This document shows positions 51,578 through 60,949 of a DNA stretch of 64,000 bases, piece by piece. Below the pieces are notes generated by a model, which saw only the letters and a program-made list of their open reading frames with translations, made no database searches and was not told the DNA's origin. This stretch comes from an uncultured delta proteobacterium. GTDB taxonomy: Bacteria > Desulfobacterota > Binatia > UBA9968. The translations under genes and the position numbers were made by a program. The stretch is from contig CAVUVW010000013.1 in NCBI GenBank assembly GCA_963745035.1, positions 160,001 through 224,000 of the forward strand. The letters run 5' to 3'. Position 1 is the stretch's first letter; each line of letters starts with the position of its first letter.

Positions 51578-52579
51578 GTGATGAAGCAAGCGATCGTTCG
51601 CGGCAGCGTCTTCGCGTTGATCGTCTACGTGATGATTGCGCCAGTAGAGTCAATAGCGGCCTCCGCTCCGTACAAAGTGGTCTACACTTTCGGCGGTTTG
51701 AACGAACGCAGCGGCATACTGTGGGTGGCGCGGGACGCGGGGATTTTTCAGAAGTACGGCATCGATCCGACCATCGTCAACGTGCGCAACGCGCAGGTCG
51801 GCATGTCGGCGCTGGCCGGGGGCGAAACCCATTTCCACGTCGGTTCGGCGACCGGAACTTCCATCGGCGCGATGGCGGGCGGGCTTGATCTGGCTTACAT
51901 TGCCGGCTTGATCAACAAGCTCGACGGCACGTTTATGGTCAGTCCGAGCATCAAGAGTCCCGCAGATCTAAAGGGGAAGAAAATCGGCGTGCAGAGCATC
52001 GGCGGTGGGGTGTGGATGTTTTCGATGCTTGCGCTCGAGCATTGGGGGCTCAATCCGGAGCGGGACAACATTCAATTCCGCATCATCGGCGATCAGTCGG
52101 TGCTGGCGCAGGCGATCACGCAGAATATCATCGACGGCGGCTATCTCGGTTACTCCTACGGCGCGCTACTGGAGCGACAGGGCTACCGCATGCTCGCGGA
52201 TTTGATGAAGCTGGGCATTCCCTACCAGGGGCTCGGCATGATCGCCAAACGCAGTCTGATCGACCGCACGCCGGAGATTCCCGAGCGCACATTGCGCGCG
52301 ATGGTCGAGGCGATCGCGTATACCAACAACCCCGCCAACAAGGCCGCCGTGGTGAAAACTCTCACGAGAGAGCTGCGTCTATCGAAGGTCGAGGATGCGC
52401 AGGCGGGCTACGAAGTGATGCGGACGCTTTTCGACAAAAAGATCTATCCGAACGCTGACGGACTGCGCAATGTGGTGCGGTTGCTCGGCAAAAGCAGCGA
52501 GCCGATCCGCAAGCTCAAGGTCGAAGACATCATCGACGACCGGATTGTGCGAAAGCTGGAGAAAGAAGGACTTTTCTAG
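51578..52579 (+). CDS. ABC substrate-binding protein (NMT1/SsuA/THI5-like)
   Basis: RBS AGGAGG; signal peptide; WVARDAGIFQKYGID; IKSPADLKGKKIGV. Confidence 0.88.
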   Translation: MMKQAIVRGSVFALIVYVMIAPVESIAASAPYKVVYTFGGLNERSGILWVARDAGIFQKYGIDPTIVNVRNAQVGMSALAGGETHFHVGSATGTSIGAMAGGLDLAYIAGLINKLDGTFMVSPSIKSPADLKGKKIGVQSIGGGVWMFSMLALEHWGLNPERDNIQFRIIGDQSVLAQAITQNIIDGGYLGYSYGALLERQGYRMLADLMKLGIPYQGLGMIAKRSLIDRTPEIPERTLRAMVEAIAYTNNPANKAAVVKTLTRELRLSKVEDAQAGYEVMRTLFDKKIYPNADGLRNVVRLLGKSSEPIRKLKVEDIIDDRIVRKLEKEGLF

Positions 52580-52583
52580 GGAC

Positions 52584-52650
52584 TGGAGAACTGAAGTGAT
52601 GGAGTAATGGAGTGATGCTAAACCCAGATCCCAGTACTTCAACACTCCAT
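52584..52650. repeat. Second copy of the TGGAGTNN/NNACTCCA inverted-repeat element
   Basis: TGAAGTGA TGGAGTAA TGGAGTGA TG..CCAGTACTTCAACACTCCA; compare 969-1038. Confidence 0.68.
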
Positions 52651-52737
52651 TGCCCGGCAATCTTGACGCTCTGACATTGATGGTGGTAGACCTGCCGTAT
52701 AGCCGAATGGCAAAAGCGGAGCAAGGAGGAAAAGAGT

Positions 52738-53799
52738 ATGGCTGGCAACGGCAACAATGCGGGTTTTGAGGTTTTGATTTCTTCGGACTCTCACGTGATG
52801 GAGCCCTCGGAGATTTTGGCCGAGCGGGCGCCGCAGGCTTTCAGGGAAAAGGTGCCGCGGTTTCCAAAGTTGGAAGTCGGCAGTAGTTTTCAAACCCATC
52901 CGGGAGGATCGGACCCAACGCAGCGTATTAAGGAAATGGAAACCGACGGTCTTAGCGCCGAAGTGCTCTTCCCAACCTATCTGTTGCCCCACTTCGCGAT
53001 GGACGACGCGAAGCTCCAGGAAGTCTCCTTCCGGGCCTACAACGACTGGTTGATTGAATATTGCAATGCCTCGCCGAAGCGCTTGATCGGGATCGCCGCG
53101 ATCTCCGTCTACGATATCGATGCGGCTGTAAAGGAACTCGAGCGCTGTGCCAAGGCCGGCATAAAGGGCTCGATCATCTGGCAGGCGCCGCACCCGGATT
53201 TGCCGTTTCACTCGGAACACTACAACAAGTTCTGGGCGGCGTCACAGGACTTGGCAATTCCCGTACATTTGCACATTCTGACCGGACACGGTTACCACAA
53301 GGAGTCCGTGTTCGGGAATAAGCGGACCGGAGTTGAAGCTTATCGGGGCAGCGTCAATCTGAAGCTCAAGGAGATTATCGACGCGTATTTCGAATTGATC
53401 TTTTACGGTGTGTTCGAGCGCTATCCCAAGTTAAGATTCGTCAGCGTCGAGAACGAGATCGGCTGGATGCCGTTCATGCTGCAGCAGTGGGATTACTACT
53501 ACAACCGTTTCAAGAAGGTGAACCCGCCGCCGTTTTCCAAGAATCCGAGCGAGTATTTCAAAACGCAGATCTTCGGGACGTTTTTTAGAGACACGGTGGC
53601 TGGGCACAATTTCGAGCATTGGGGACAAGACAATTGCATGTGGTCCAACGACTATCCGCACGGCAACTCGACCTGGCCGGATTCGAAGAAGTTCATCGAC
53701 CGCGATCTCGGCCATCTGCCGGCGGATATTCGCAAGAAACTGGTTTACACCAACGTGAAGAATCTCTACGACATCGATATTCCGCATCCCGTGCAGTAG
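52738..53799 (+). CDS. Amidohydrolase-2 family protein
   Basis: ISSDSHVMEP, AYNDWL, PVHLH, GVFERYPKL, ENEIGW, MWSNDYPH. Confidence 0.9.
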   Translation: MAGNGNNAGFEVLISSDSHVMEPSEILAERAPQAFREKVPRFPKLEVGSSFQTHPGGSDPTQRIKEMETDGLSAEVLFPTYLLPHFAMDDAKLQEVSFRAYNDWLIEYCNASPKRLIGIAAISVYDIDAAVKELERCAKAGIKGSIIWQAPHPDLPFHSEHYNKFWAASQDLAIPVHLHILTGHGYHKESVFGNKRTGVEAYRGSVNLKLKEIIDAYFELIFYGVFERYPKLRFVSVENEIGWMPFMLQQWDYYYNRFKKVNPPPFSKNPSEYFKTQIFGTFFRDTVAGHNFEHWGQDNCMWSNDYPHGNSTWPDSKKFIDRDLGHLPADIRKKLVYTNVKNLYDIDIPHPVQ

Positions 53800-53905
53800 G
53801 GGCGGCAAATCGGTCGCATGACCCAATGGCGCGCTGGCGGACGAAAAATAGTCTGACAGCGCGCCTTTTTTTGGAGTTTCTGCAGACAGGGAACAGTCTA
53901 TTTTC

Positions 53906-53971
53906 ACCACGAAGGACACGAAGAGCACGAAGGTCACGCATTCGTAGGAGCGGGTTTGAAACCCGCCCCTA
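53906..53971. repeat. CACGAAG tandem units followed by a GTAG-type REP hairpin
   Basis: CACCACGAAGGACACGAAGAGCACGAAG (similar at about 21815-21842), then GTAGGAGCGGGTTTGAAACCCGCCCCTAC. Confidence 0.7.
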
Positions 53972-54025
53972 CATCTCGCGTCGTTGGTGGTGAACTGAAC
54001 GTTCGCGACTTAAATAGGAGGTTTT

Positions 54026-55775
54026 ATGCCTGCTCGCTACGGTTCCGATCTGGTTGTCGATCTGCTCAAAGTTCTCGGCATCGAATATGTTGCTCTTAAT
54101 CCCGGCTCGAGCTTTCGCGGCATTCACGATTCGCTGGTCAATTACGAAAGCGGCCGCACGCCTAACCCGGAAATGGTCCTTTGCTGCCACGAAGAGATCG
54201 CCGTGGCGGTGGCGCACGGTTACTTCAAAGCGACGGGCAAGATCATGCCGGCGATCGTGCACAACGTCGTCGGCCTGCAGCACGCGTCGATGGCGATCTA
54301 CAACGCGTGGTGCGACCACACCCCGGTGATGGTGATGGGCGGCACGGGTCCGATGAACTCGAGCAAACGGCGCCCGTGGATCGATTGGATCCATACGGCC
54401 CAGGTGCAGGGCAATCTGGTGCGCGACTTCGTGAAATGGGACGACCAGCCGGTGGGCATCGAGGCGTTTCCCTCCTCGATCATGCGCGGCTATAAGATCG
54501 CCATGAGCGATCCGGGCGGACCGGTCTATCTCTGCTTCGACGTGACCGATCAGGAAGCCGCCGATCGAAAAGGAAATTCCTTTGCCGGATCCGAAAAAAT
54601 TTCGTCCGGCGGCGCCGCTGCAAGCGGACTACGACGCCATCAAGGAAGCGGCAGAGCTGCTGGCAGCCGCGCAGAATCCGGTGATTCTGGCCGATTACGT
54701 CGGCCGCAACAACGATGCGGTGATGAGCCTGGTGGCTCTGGCCGATCTGCTGTCGATTCCCGTGGTCGATCTCGGCGCGCGGCTCAATTTTCCCAACACG
54801 CATGCGTTCAATCTCACCGGCAAAAATCGCGAGCTGATCGCCAATGCCGACGTCATCATGGGCCTGGACGTGACGGATCTTTATGGCGCCCTGGTGCGCT
54901 CGGATCCCAACACGCACGCCAACGTTCCGGCGACCAAACCCGGCTGCAAAGTGATCAATGTGTCCCTCAAGGACATCGTGGTGCGCAGCTGGACCAGTGA
55001 TTTTCAGGAATTGGCGCCGGTGGATGTGCCGATCGTCGCGAACACAAAAGTGTTTCTACCCGCTCTTGCCGAAGAGATCAGAAAGCAGGGGAAATTTTCC
55101 AAGAGCGTGGTCGAGGATCGGCGCAAAGCGCTGGCGGCGCAGCACGAGGAAATTCACGCGCGCTGGCAGGCCGATCTCAAGAAGCGCTGGGATGAAAAGC
55201 CGATTTCACCGCCGCGATTGGCCTGGGAAATCTGGGAAGCGCTCAAAAAAGAAGATTGGCTGCTGGTCGCGGGCGCTTTTCGGGGCTGGCCGAGCCGACT
55301 ATGGACCTGGGACAAGCCCGGGCTGTTTCTCGGCGGCTACGGCGGCGGCGGTTTGGGCTACGGTCCGGCGGCATCCGTAGGCGCGTCGCTGCCTTATCGC
55401 GGCACCGGCAAAATTTGCGTCAACCTGCAGCGCGACGGGGAGATGCTCTACACGCCGAGCGCCATGTGGACGGCGGCCAACATGGGCGTGCCGCTTTTGA
55501 CCGTCATGACCAACAACCGGGTTTACTATAATGACGTCGAGCATCAGGAAAAGGTTGCGATCCACCGCAGCCGGCCGGTGGAGAACAAGCTTGTCGGCAT
55601 GGAGATGGCGAAGCCTGCGGTGGACTTCGGTAATCTTGCGCGCTCCTTCAGTCTGCACGGTGAGGGACCGATCACCGAGCCGGAAAAGATTCGGCCCGCG
55701 GTCGAGCGCGCGATCAAGGTCATCAAAGAGGAAAAGCGGCCAGCGCTGGTCGATGTGTACATGCAGATGGTATAA
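54026..55775 (+). CDS. Thiamine-pyrophosphate-binding enzyme (acetolactate synthase/benzoylformate decarboxylase-like); frameshift near 54560
   Basis: LNPGSSFRGIHDS, CCHEEIAVAVAHGY, GPVYL, GGGGLGYG, TPP-motif variant RDGE..NN. Confidence 0.88.
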
Positions 55776-55846
55776 CCCGGAATGCTAGTTCAAAACGTTC
55801 AAGCCGTTCAAATCGTTCCAATCGTCTCAGGACAGGGAGGCGGTTC

Positions 55847-56851
55847 ATGACTCGATACAAGCTCCTCTTCGCGGCACTGTTTGGCGTGCTCTGCGTGCTT
55901 TTTGCGCAACCCGGTTTTTCTCAGCAAAAACCGCTTAAGAAAATTCGCGTCGGCGTGCCGTCGGTCGGCATGGGCAACATCATCACCTTCGTCATCAAAG
56001 AAGGTAAGCTGTTGGAGAAGTACGGGCTGGAGGGTGAAGTGATCACGGTGATGGGGTCGGGCATCGGCTCAAAGGCGCTGATCAGCGGCAATTTGGACAT
56101 TATTCCGATCGCCACGCCGACGGTCATCGCGGCCAATCTCGCCGGTGCCGATATGGCGATCCTGGCGCACACCATGCCCGCGGTGGTTCATGCTTTGATG
56201 GTGCGGCCTGAGATCAAACGACCGGAGGATTTGAAAGGCAAAAAGATCGGCGTCTCGAGCCTGGGGTCGCTCACGGATTTTTTGGTGCGCTCGATCGCTA
56301 AGAAAAAGGGCCTCAATCCGGATCGCGACATCACTCTGATCACAACCGGCGGCAGCGATACCGAGCGCGTCATGGCGCTCAAAGCCGGCGCCGTCGAGGC
56401 GACGGCGGTGTCTCATCCCGGCTATGGCTTAGCGCGGAAGATGGGCTACAGCATGCTTTGGGATTCGGCCAAGGAACTCGACTACCCGTGGATGGAAATC
56501 ACCACGCGCCGGGCCGCGATCAAAAGCGATCGGGAGCTGATCACGAACTACATGAAGGCGCACCTGGAAGGCATCGCGCTCTTCAAGACCAACCGTGATT
56601 TCGGCATCAAGGTCATCAAAAAGTACCTGAAAACGCCGGATGATGAGTTGGTCAGTGAATCTTACGACATCTTTTCAAAAATGTTTCTTCCCACGCCCTA
56701 TCCCAATCATCCGGGGATGAAAATCAGCTTCGAATACGTCGCGATGACACGCAACGATGTCTGGAGTCATAAGCCGGAGGAGTTTACCGATCCGAGCTTC
56801 GTCGCGGAACTGGATAAGAGCGGTTTTATTAAATCGCTGTACAGCAAGTAA
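55847..56851 (+). CDS. ABC substrate-binding protein (NMT1/SsuA-like)
   Basis: Signal peptide; IKRPEDLKGKKIGVSSLGSLTD; DPSFVAELDKSGFIKSLY. Confidence 0.88.
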   Translation: MTRYKLLFAALFGVLCVLFAQPGFSQQKPLKKIRVGVPSVGMGNIITFVIKEGKLLEKYGLEGEVITVMGSGIGSKALISGNLDIIPIATPTVIAANLAGADMAILAHTMPAVVHALMVRPEIKRPEDLKGKKIGVSSLGSLTDFLVRSIAKKKGLNPDRDITLITTGGSDTERVMALKAGAVEATAVSHPGYGLARKMGYSMLWDSAKELDYPWMEITTRRAAIKSDRELITNYMKAHLEGIALFKTNRDFGIKVIKKYLKTPDDELVSESYDIFSKMFLPTPYPNHPGMKISFEYVAMTRNDVWSHKPEEFTDPSFVAELDKSGFIKSLYSK

Positions 56852-57150
56852 GTGCCGGTCGATGTAATCCTCTGATCGACCAATCGCTACGCCGATCGCC
56901 GCGGGCGGGAGAACGCGCAACTTGTTCTCGCGAACTCTTTTTGATCCTGTTTGTCTTTTTCAAAAGGTTTGAGGCCTTTGCCGCAATCATGAAAGCGCAG
57001 CACCGAACCTTTCGGGTTGCGGCAGAACAATAGTAAGATTTTAGCTCAAAGCTGCCCTCAACGGGTAATTTCTACCGGCATCTTCCATTACTACCGTGCC
57101 GTCGTTAGTTCGAAGTTCGTAACTCATTGATTCTTTCGCGGATTTTCTAC

Positions 57151-57165
57151 TGGTCCGGCGGTTGC
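57151..57165 (+). promoter_or_regulatory. Sigma54-like promoter
   Basis: TGGTCC-GGCGG-TTGC(T), GG-N10-GC spacing, 40 nt before ATG 57205. Confidence 0.58.
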
Positions 57166-57204
57166 TCTAATGTCGGGTCAGGAGTTTGAGAGGAGGAAAG
57201 TATC

Positions 57205-57429
57205 ATGAGACCGATGGCCATACTGTTATTGCTAGGAAATTTGGTTCTGACCGGCTGCGAATTTGCTGCTGGAGCGGCTACCGGTGTTTTGGCTACCGGT
57301 GCCGGTTACGAAATTAATGCGAAGCGGCAGATGGATCGGCTGGAAGACGATTACCGTCGCGAACGAATTAGCCGGCGCGAATACGAACGGCGCAAGGATC
57401 AGCTCGAGCGCGGCTCGATCATTTACTAA
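57205..57429 (+). CDS. Small lipoprotein with Gly/Ala-zipper and SHOCT-like tail
   Basis: RBS GAGGAGG; lipobox LTGC; GAATGVLATGAG; RISRREYERRKDQL. Confidence 0.8.
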   Translation: MRPMAILLLLGNLVLTGCEFAAGAATGVLATGAGYEINAKRQMDRLEDDYRRERISRREYERRKDQLERGSIIY

Positions 57430-57607
57430 ACGCCGGGCGAATACCTACGTCGAGTGGTGATTTTATCTTTGATCCAGGCGCTGTCTCGTGTGACCTCACA
57501 CGGGCGGCGCCTGGAAATTCAATCTGCGCTTGGGAACATTAAGGCCGGGTGGCTCGGGATGATCGAGTCCGGCGGTTCGGAGCGGCACGTCGCCGTCGAT
57601 TCAAATA

Positions 57608-57928
57608 TTACATTCCGGCTCGGTAAGCGAAAGATTGTTGCGGTGCTGCGCTGGCCATGGGTTCTCCCGACGCGGGCAGCAGCTTATGCCGCAGGATCGA
57701 GCTGGAGAGAAAATTATAATCGCAGTCATCGCAAACCAGCGCAGAGAGCGGTAGCTGCGCGGTGCACTGGGGACACTTCTTAAAGGCAAGAATGGCGAAG
57801 TCTTTCTTTTGGCCGCCTTCTTTGCGCGTCATCCGGACGATTAGAAGCGCGAAGATCAACACAATTAAGATGTAGTGAAGAATATCCGAGTTTTCGGCCA
57901 ACATAAGATTACTCCAGTTCTCCAGCAT
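57608..57928 (-). CDS. Small membrane protein with zinc ribbon
   Basis: TM ILHYILIVLIFALLIV; CPQC-x10-CDDC; start codon uncertain (57937/57928/57904). Confidence 0.7.
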   Translation of the reverse strand: MLENWSNLMLAENSDILHYILIVLIFALLIVRMTRKEGGQKKDFAILAFKKCPQCTAQLPLSALVCDDCDYNFLSSSILRHKLLPASGEPMASAAPQQSFAYRAGM

Positions 57929-57951
57929 AGAATTCATGAGAGCTCTCTAGA

Positions 57952-57966
57952 GCAACGCGAGTGCCT
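57952..57966 (-). promoter_or_regulatory. Sigma54-like promoter
   Basis: AGGCAC-TCGCG-TTGC(T) just upstream of the zinc-ribbon gene. Confidence 0.62.
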
Positions 57967-58105
57967 TGAAGCACTGTCTATTCTTTGGGCAAAGACGGCC
58001 GGAATGTCCTGTAATGTGCTCAGCGCTGCGATGTGGGGCTGCCTCAATTACGCCGCGAGCAAAACGATCGGGTGATTTGGCCCGCAAAGAAAACACGGGA
58101 GCATT

Positions 58106-58753
58106 TTAGAAGGGCGTTCCGTCGAATACCCATCGATCTAGATTCTCGAAATATGCCCGCCGGAGCACCAGGCTCATCGCGACGGCGCGGGCGGCGCGCT
58201 CTTGTTTTTCCGCCGTGGTCGCGTATTTGACGAGGATTTCGAACGGGTAATTGCCGTGCTCCTCTTCGTCTTCGTGGATGCGTTGATAGGGTGCTGTCAC
58301 CCAACTCGGCACGGTGCCGGCGTTGAGACTCTTGGCGATCAAGTAATCGGCAACGCCTTCGCCGGCCATGGGAAAGGCCGCGATCCGCTCGACCGTGTCG
58401 GTCAGTCCTTCGAACGCATTGAACATGGCCATCTGCCCCGGCAGCGGTCGGTAATCGTACGGCGTTGCGCCTTTGCCACGCAGCGCTTCTTCGAGAAAGC
58501 CGGCATGCTCATATTCCTCGTGAGTCGCCTCTGCCAGAGTTTTCTTCACGTCGAGCTCGGGCGTGCTCTTCAACCATCCGCCGAAGATCTCGCCGGCGCG
58601 GATTTCATTGAACAAGCGGCTTTGCATGACTTTGATGCGCATCTCGTCGGTGGTGAGCGGGATGAAGCTGTACGCCGGCAGTTTGTCATCCAGGCTCCGG
58701 CAGAAGTCGGCGACCTGCTTCTCGATCGACTGGGCAAATGCGCGGCTATCCAT
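58106..58753 (-). CDS. Ferritin-like/di-iron domain protein
   Basis: RBS AGGAG; helical protein with NEIRAGE, HEEYEH, GEGVA and EDEEEHG (two ExxH motifs). Confidence 0.75.
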   Translation of the reverse strand: MDSRAFAQSIEKQVADFCRSLDDKLPAYSFIPLTTDEMRIKVMQSRLFNEIRAGEIFGGWLKSTPELDVKKTLAEATHEEYEHAGFLEEALRGKGATPYDYRPLPGQMAMFNAFEGLTDTVERIAAFPMAGEGVADYLIAKSLNAGTVPSWVTAPYQRIHEDEEEHGNYPFEILVKYATTAEKQERAARAVAMSLVLRRAYFENLDRWVFDGTPF

Positions 58754-58830
58754 GAACGCTCTCCTTGTTCCGCAATATCGGGACGGCAAGTTCTTTGGCT
58801 ATCAATTAGGGTGGGACCGGTCAAGGCGGC

Positions 58831-59700
58831 CTAACGCGAAGTGATCAGGACGACGCCGGCAACCATCAAAACCGCGCCCAGCACGATGCGCAGGTTGATG
58901 GTTTCCACCGCGCGCAAGAACAAGGCGCTGAAAAGCACCGTGAAAAGCGGCGTCGTATTGAGCAGCGGTATGATCACGGAAAGCTCGCCGCGCGCGAGCG
59001 CGATGAAGTTAGCCACCTGCGCTGCCGAAGCGACGAGCGCGGCGCAAAGGAAATAGACAAATCCCTCGCGCTTCATTTTCAATTGTTCTCCTCTGCCGGT
59101 CGCCAAGACGAAGCCGAGCAGCAGGATCAGGGAAACGGTCGTCACGACCGCCACGGCGACAAAGGGATCGGGAATGATGTGCAGCGCCTGCTTGCGAAGA
59201 CTCTGGGAGACCGCGGAAATGAGCGCCGCGCCGATCGGCAGCAGGGCGTATACGAGGTGCCATTGCTTGTCGCTTTCCTGTCTGCCCGAAATGAGCCAGA
59301 GGCTGGCGACGATGAGAATCGTGCCGAACAAGACCGACCAACCCGGCTCCTCGTGAAAGAAGATGACGGCGATCGCGCCGGCAAAGAGCGGCTCGATTCC
59401 GCGCAGCGGCCCGGCGCGAGCGACGCCGATGCGCGTGATGCCCTCGTAAAAAAGCGCCCGGGCAAACAGCGGCTGCATGCACCCGCTGATGAGATAGTAA
59501 ATCATCGCCGGCGAGGCGAGAAATTCGAGCGATGTGGTGGCGATGAGATACGTCCACATGCAGCTCACGGAAACCAGGTAGCTCACCAACATGGCGGCGA
59601 AAATATTTGATTTTCGCAGGCCGAAGCGGACCAGAACCGAATCCGTAGCCCAGCCGATGGCGGAGCTGATGGCGACGAGTTCAGCGAATAGAGGCGTCAA
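58831..59700 (-). CDS. EamA/DMT-family transporter
   Basis: About 10 hydrophobic segments in two repeats; EPLFA..EEPGW; TTPLFTVLFSALFLRAVE; TTG start inferred. Confidence 0.88.
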   Translation of the reverse strand: MTPLFAELVAISSAIGWATDSVLVRFGLRKSNIFAAMLVSYLVSVSCMWTYLIATTSLEFLASPAMIYYLISGCMQPLFARALFYEGITRIGVARAGPLRGIEPLFAGAIAVIFFHEEPGWSVLFGTILIVASLWLISGRQESDKQWHLVYALLPIGAALISAVSQSLRKQALHIIPDPFVAVAVVTTVSLILLLGFVLATGRGEQLKMKREGFVYFLCAALVASAAQVANFIALARGELSVIIPLLNTTPLFTVLFSALFLRAVETINLRIVLGAVLMVAGVVLITSR

Positions 59701-59864
59701 GTGCGGTTTTTTCCTCGGAGCTTTCAGATAAGCGAAGTGCGCGAAGATTTGCAACGCCACAGCGATCGCCGAGGATGTTGCAGCCGCCGATCAACCGGCT
59801 TGCGCTCAGGCGTGACGCCGTCCTAAGATCTCCGAGGTTTCAATATTTTGGTCGAGGAGGCTCT

Positions 59865-60305
59865 ATGGAAGAAAGGCAAGCGAAGGTCGTGCAGCTGAAA
59901 ACTCAGCTCGTCAAAGAGGGACATACGCGGGATCTGCTCGCCGAGACCGATTTAATGACCCTGCGGATCCATTGCTACGCGCCCGGCATCGGCGAAAACG
60001 CGCTGCACGCGCACACGAAAGAAGACCACATCTTCTTGGTCCTGCAGGGTACGGCGCAATTCAACACCGGTCGGGACGGTAAAGGCGTAATCAATGCAAC
60101 GAAGCATCAAGCGATCGTCCTACCCGCCGGCTGTTACTACCAGTTTCGCAACTCGGGCGTCGAACCGCTGGTGATGACGCGCATCGGCGCCGGCTCCGAT
60201 AAGGCGGATCAGCGCCTCAACCCGGACGGCTCGGCGATTCCGGGAAGGACCCACGAGCAGGGCGCCGCTAAGCCGGTGCTGATCGAAGGCGCGTTTTTCG
60301 AGTAA
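59865..60305 (+). CDS. Cupin-domain protein
   Basis: RBS GAGGAGG; GENALHAHTKEDHIFLVLQG; LPAGCYYQFRN. Confidence 0.85.
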   Translation: MEERQAKVVQLKTQLVKEGHTRDLLAETDLMTLRIHCYAPGIGENALHAHTKEDHIFLVLQGTAQFNTGRDGKGVINATKHQAIVLPAGCYYQFRNSGVEPLVMTRIGAGSDKADQRLNPDGSAIPGRTHEQGAAKPVLIEGAFFE

Positions 60306-60405
60306 CGATCAATCAAATTATCTGCACAAGGGAGGACGAGCCCGCGCGGGGGCGTGCGCGGGCTCGTTGAGGAGAGCTTCCCATTCGGGAAGTTCGCAGC
60401 ACAGC

Positions 60406-60615
60406 TTAGGCTATATCGCGCATATGAGAGAAGGTATGCCGCAACTTTCTTATCTCGGCATTGAACCAGCGCTGGCGCCGGCGATGGCGCGATAAATGGG
60501 ATTCGAGCATCGATTGAGGATACATCTTGGCGCCGCACTTTTCGCATTTGACAGCGCGTAGAACGTGGCGATCAATCGAAATTACTTTAGAGTTGGTTTT
60601 AGAGTCGGTGTTCAC
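60406..60615 (-). CDS. Small basic protein with a C2H2 zinc finger
   Basis: RBS GGAGG before GTG; CEKC-x12-HLSRH; Arg-rich tail. Confidence 0.72.
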   Translation of the reverse strand: MNTDSKTNSKVISIDRHVLRAVKCEKCGAKMYPQSMLESHLSRHRRRQRWFNAEIRKLRHTFSHMRDIA

Positions 60616-60649
60616 TCTGGCCTCCGCGTACTCGTTACTCGTCGCTGCA

Positions 60650-60664
60650 GCAAGTCATGTGCCA
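60650..60664 (-). promoter_or_regulatory. Sigma54 -24/-12 promoter
   Basis: TGGCAC-ATGAC-TTGC(T), 35 nt upstream of GTG 60615. Confidence 0.8.
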
Positions 60665-60949
60665 GTGACCACGCTGTTGATCTCTGCAGGTGGACCGGCG
60701 AGTTTCTTTGATTTATAGCGGCAGTCACTGAGTTGAGCGGAATTTTTGACAGCGAGCGCCTGTCACTACCCTGCCATCGTTGACAGAATATCGGCGGTGA
60801 TCTCAATTTTCGGTATCAGGGAACATGGGTTGAGAATGTCCAGTCGCTTTCTTACTACCCCACCATGCGAAGAATCGAAGTAAGAAAACCACGATGACCG
60901 AATCATCGATGTCCGAGCTTGTCGCGGCGCTGGGAACTGTCAAGTTTGC

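Noticed and set aside
1-55775. Widespread pseudogenisation or programmed recoding suggested by more than 20 frameshifts
   Set aside because: The indels hit core genes (tal-pgi, glk, thyX) as well as accessory ones, lack recoding signals, and the joined frames are otherwise intact, so uncorrected long-read errors are the best explanation. Only prfB has a true signal.
53906-55824. CRISPR-like arrays from the short GTTCAA and CACGAAG repeats
   Set aside because: The units are only 7-10 nt, lack unique 30-40 nt spacers, and no cas genes are present.
56852-57150. Possible ncRNA or riboswitch in a 300-nt intergenic gap with several hairpins
   Set aside because: No recognisable family motif; the hairpins can be explained as a terminator plus upstream promoter elements. 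An Rfam/covariance search would be needed.
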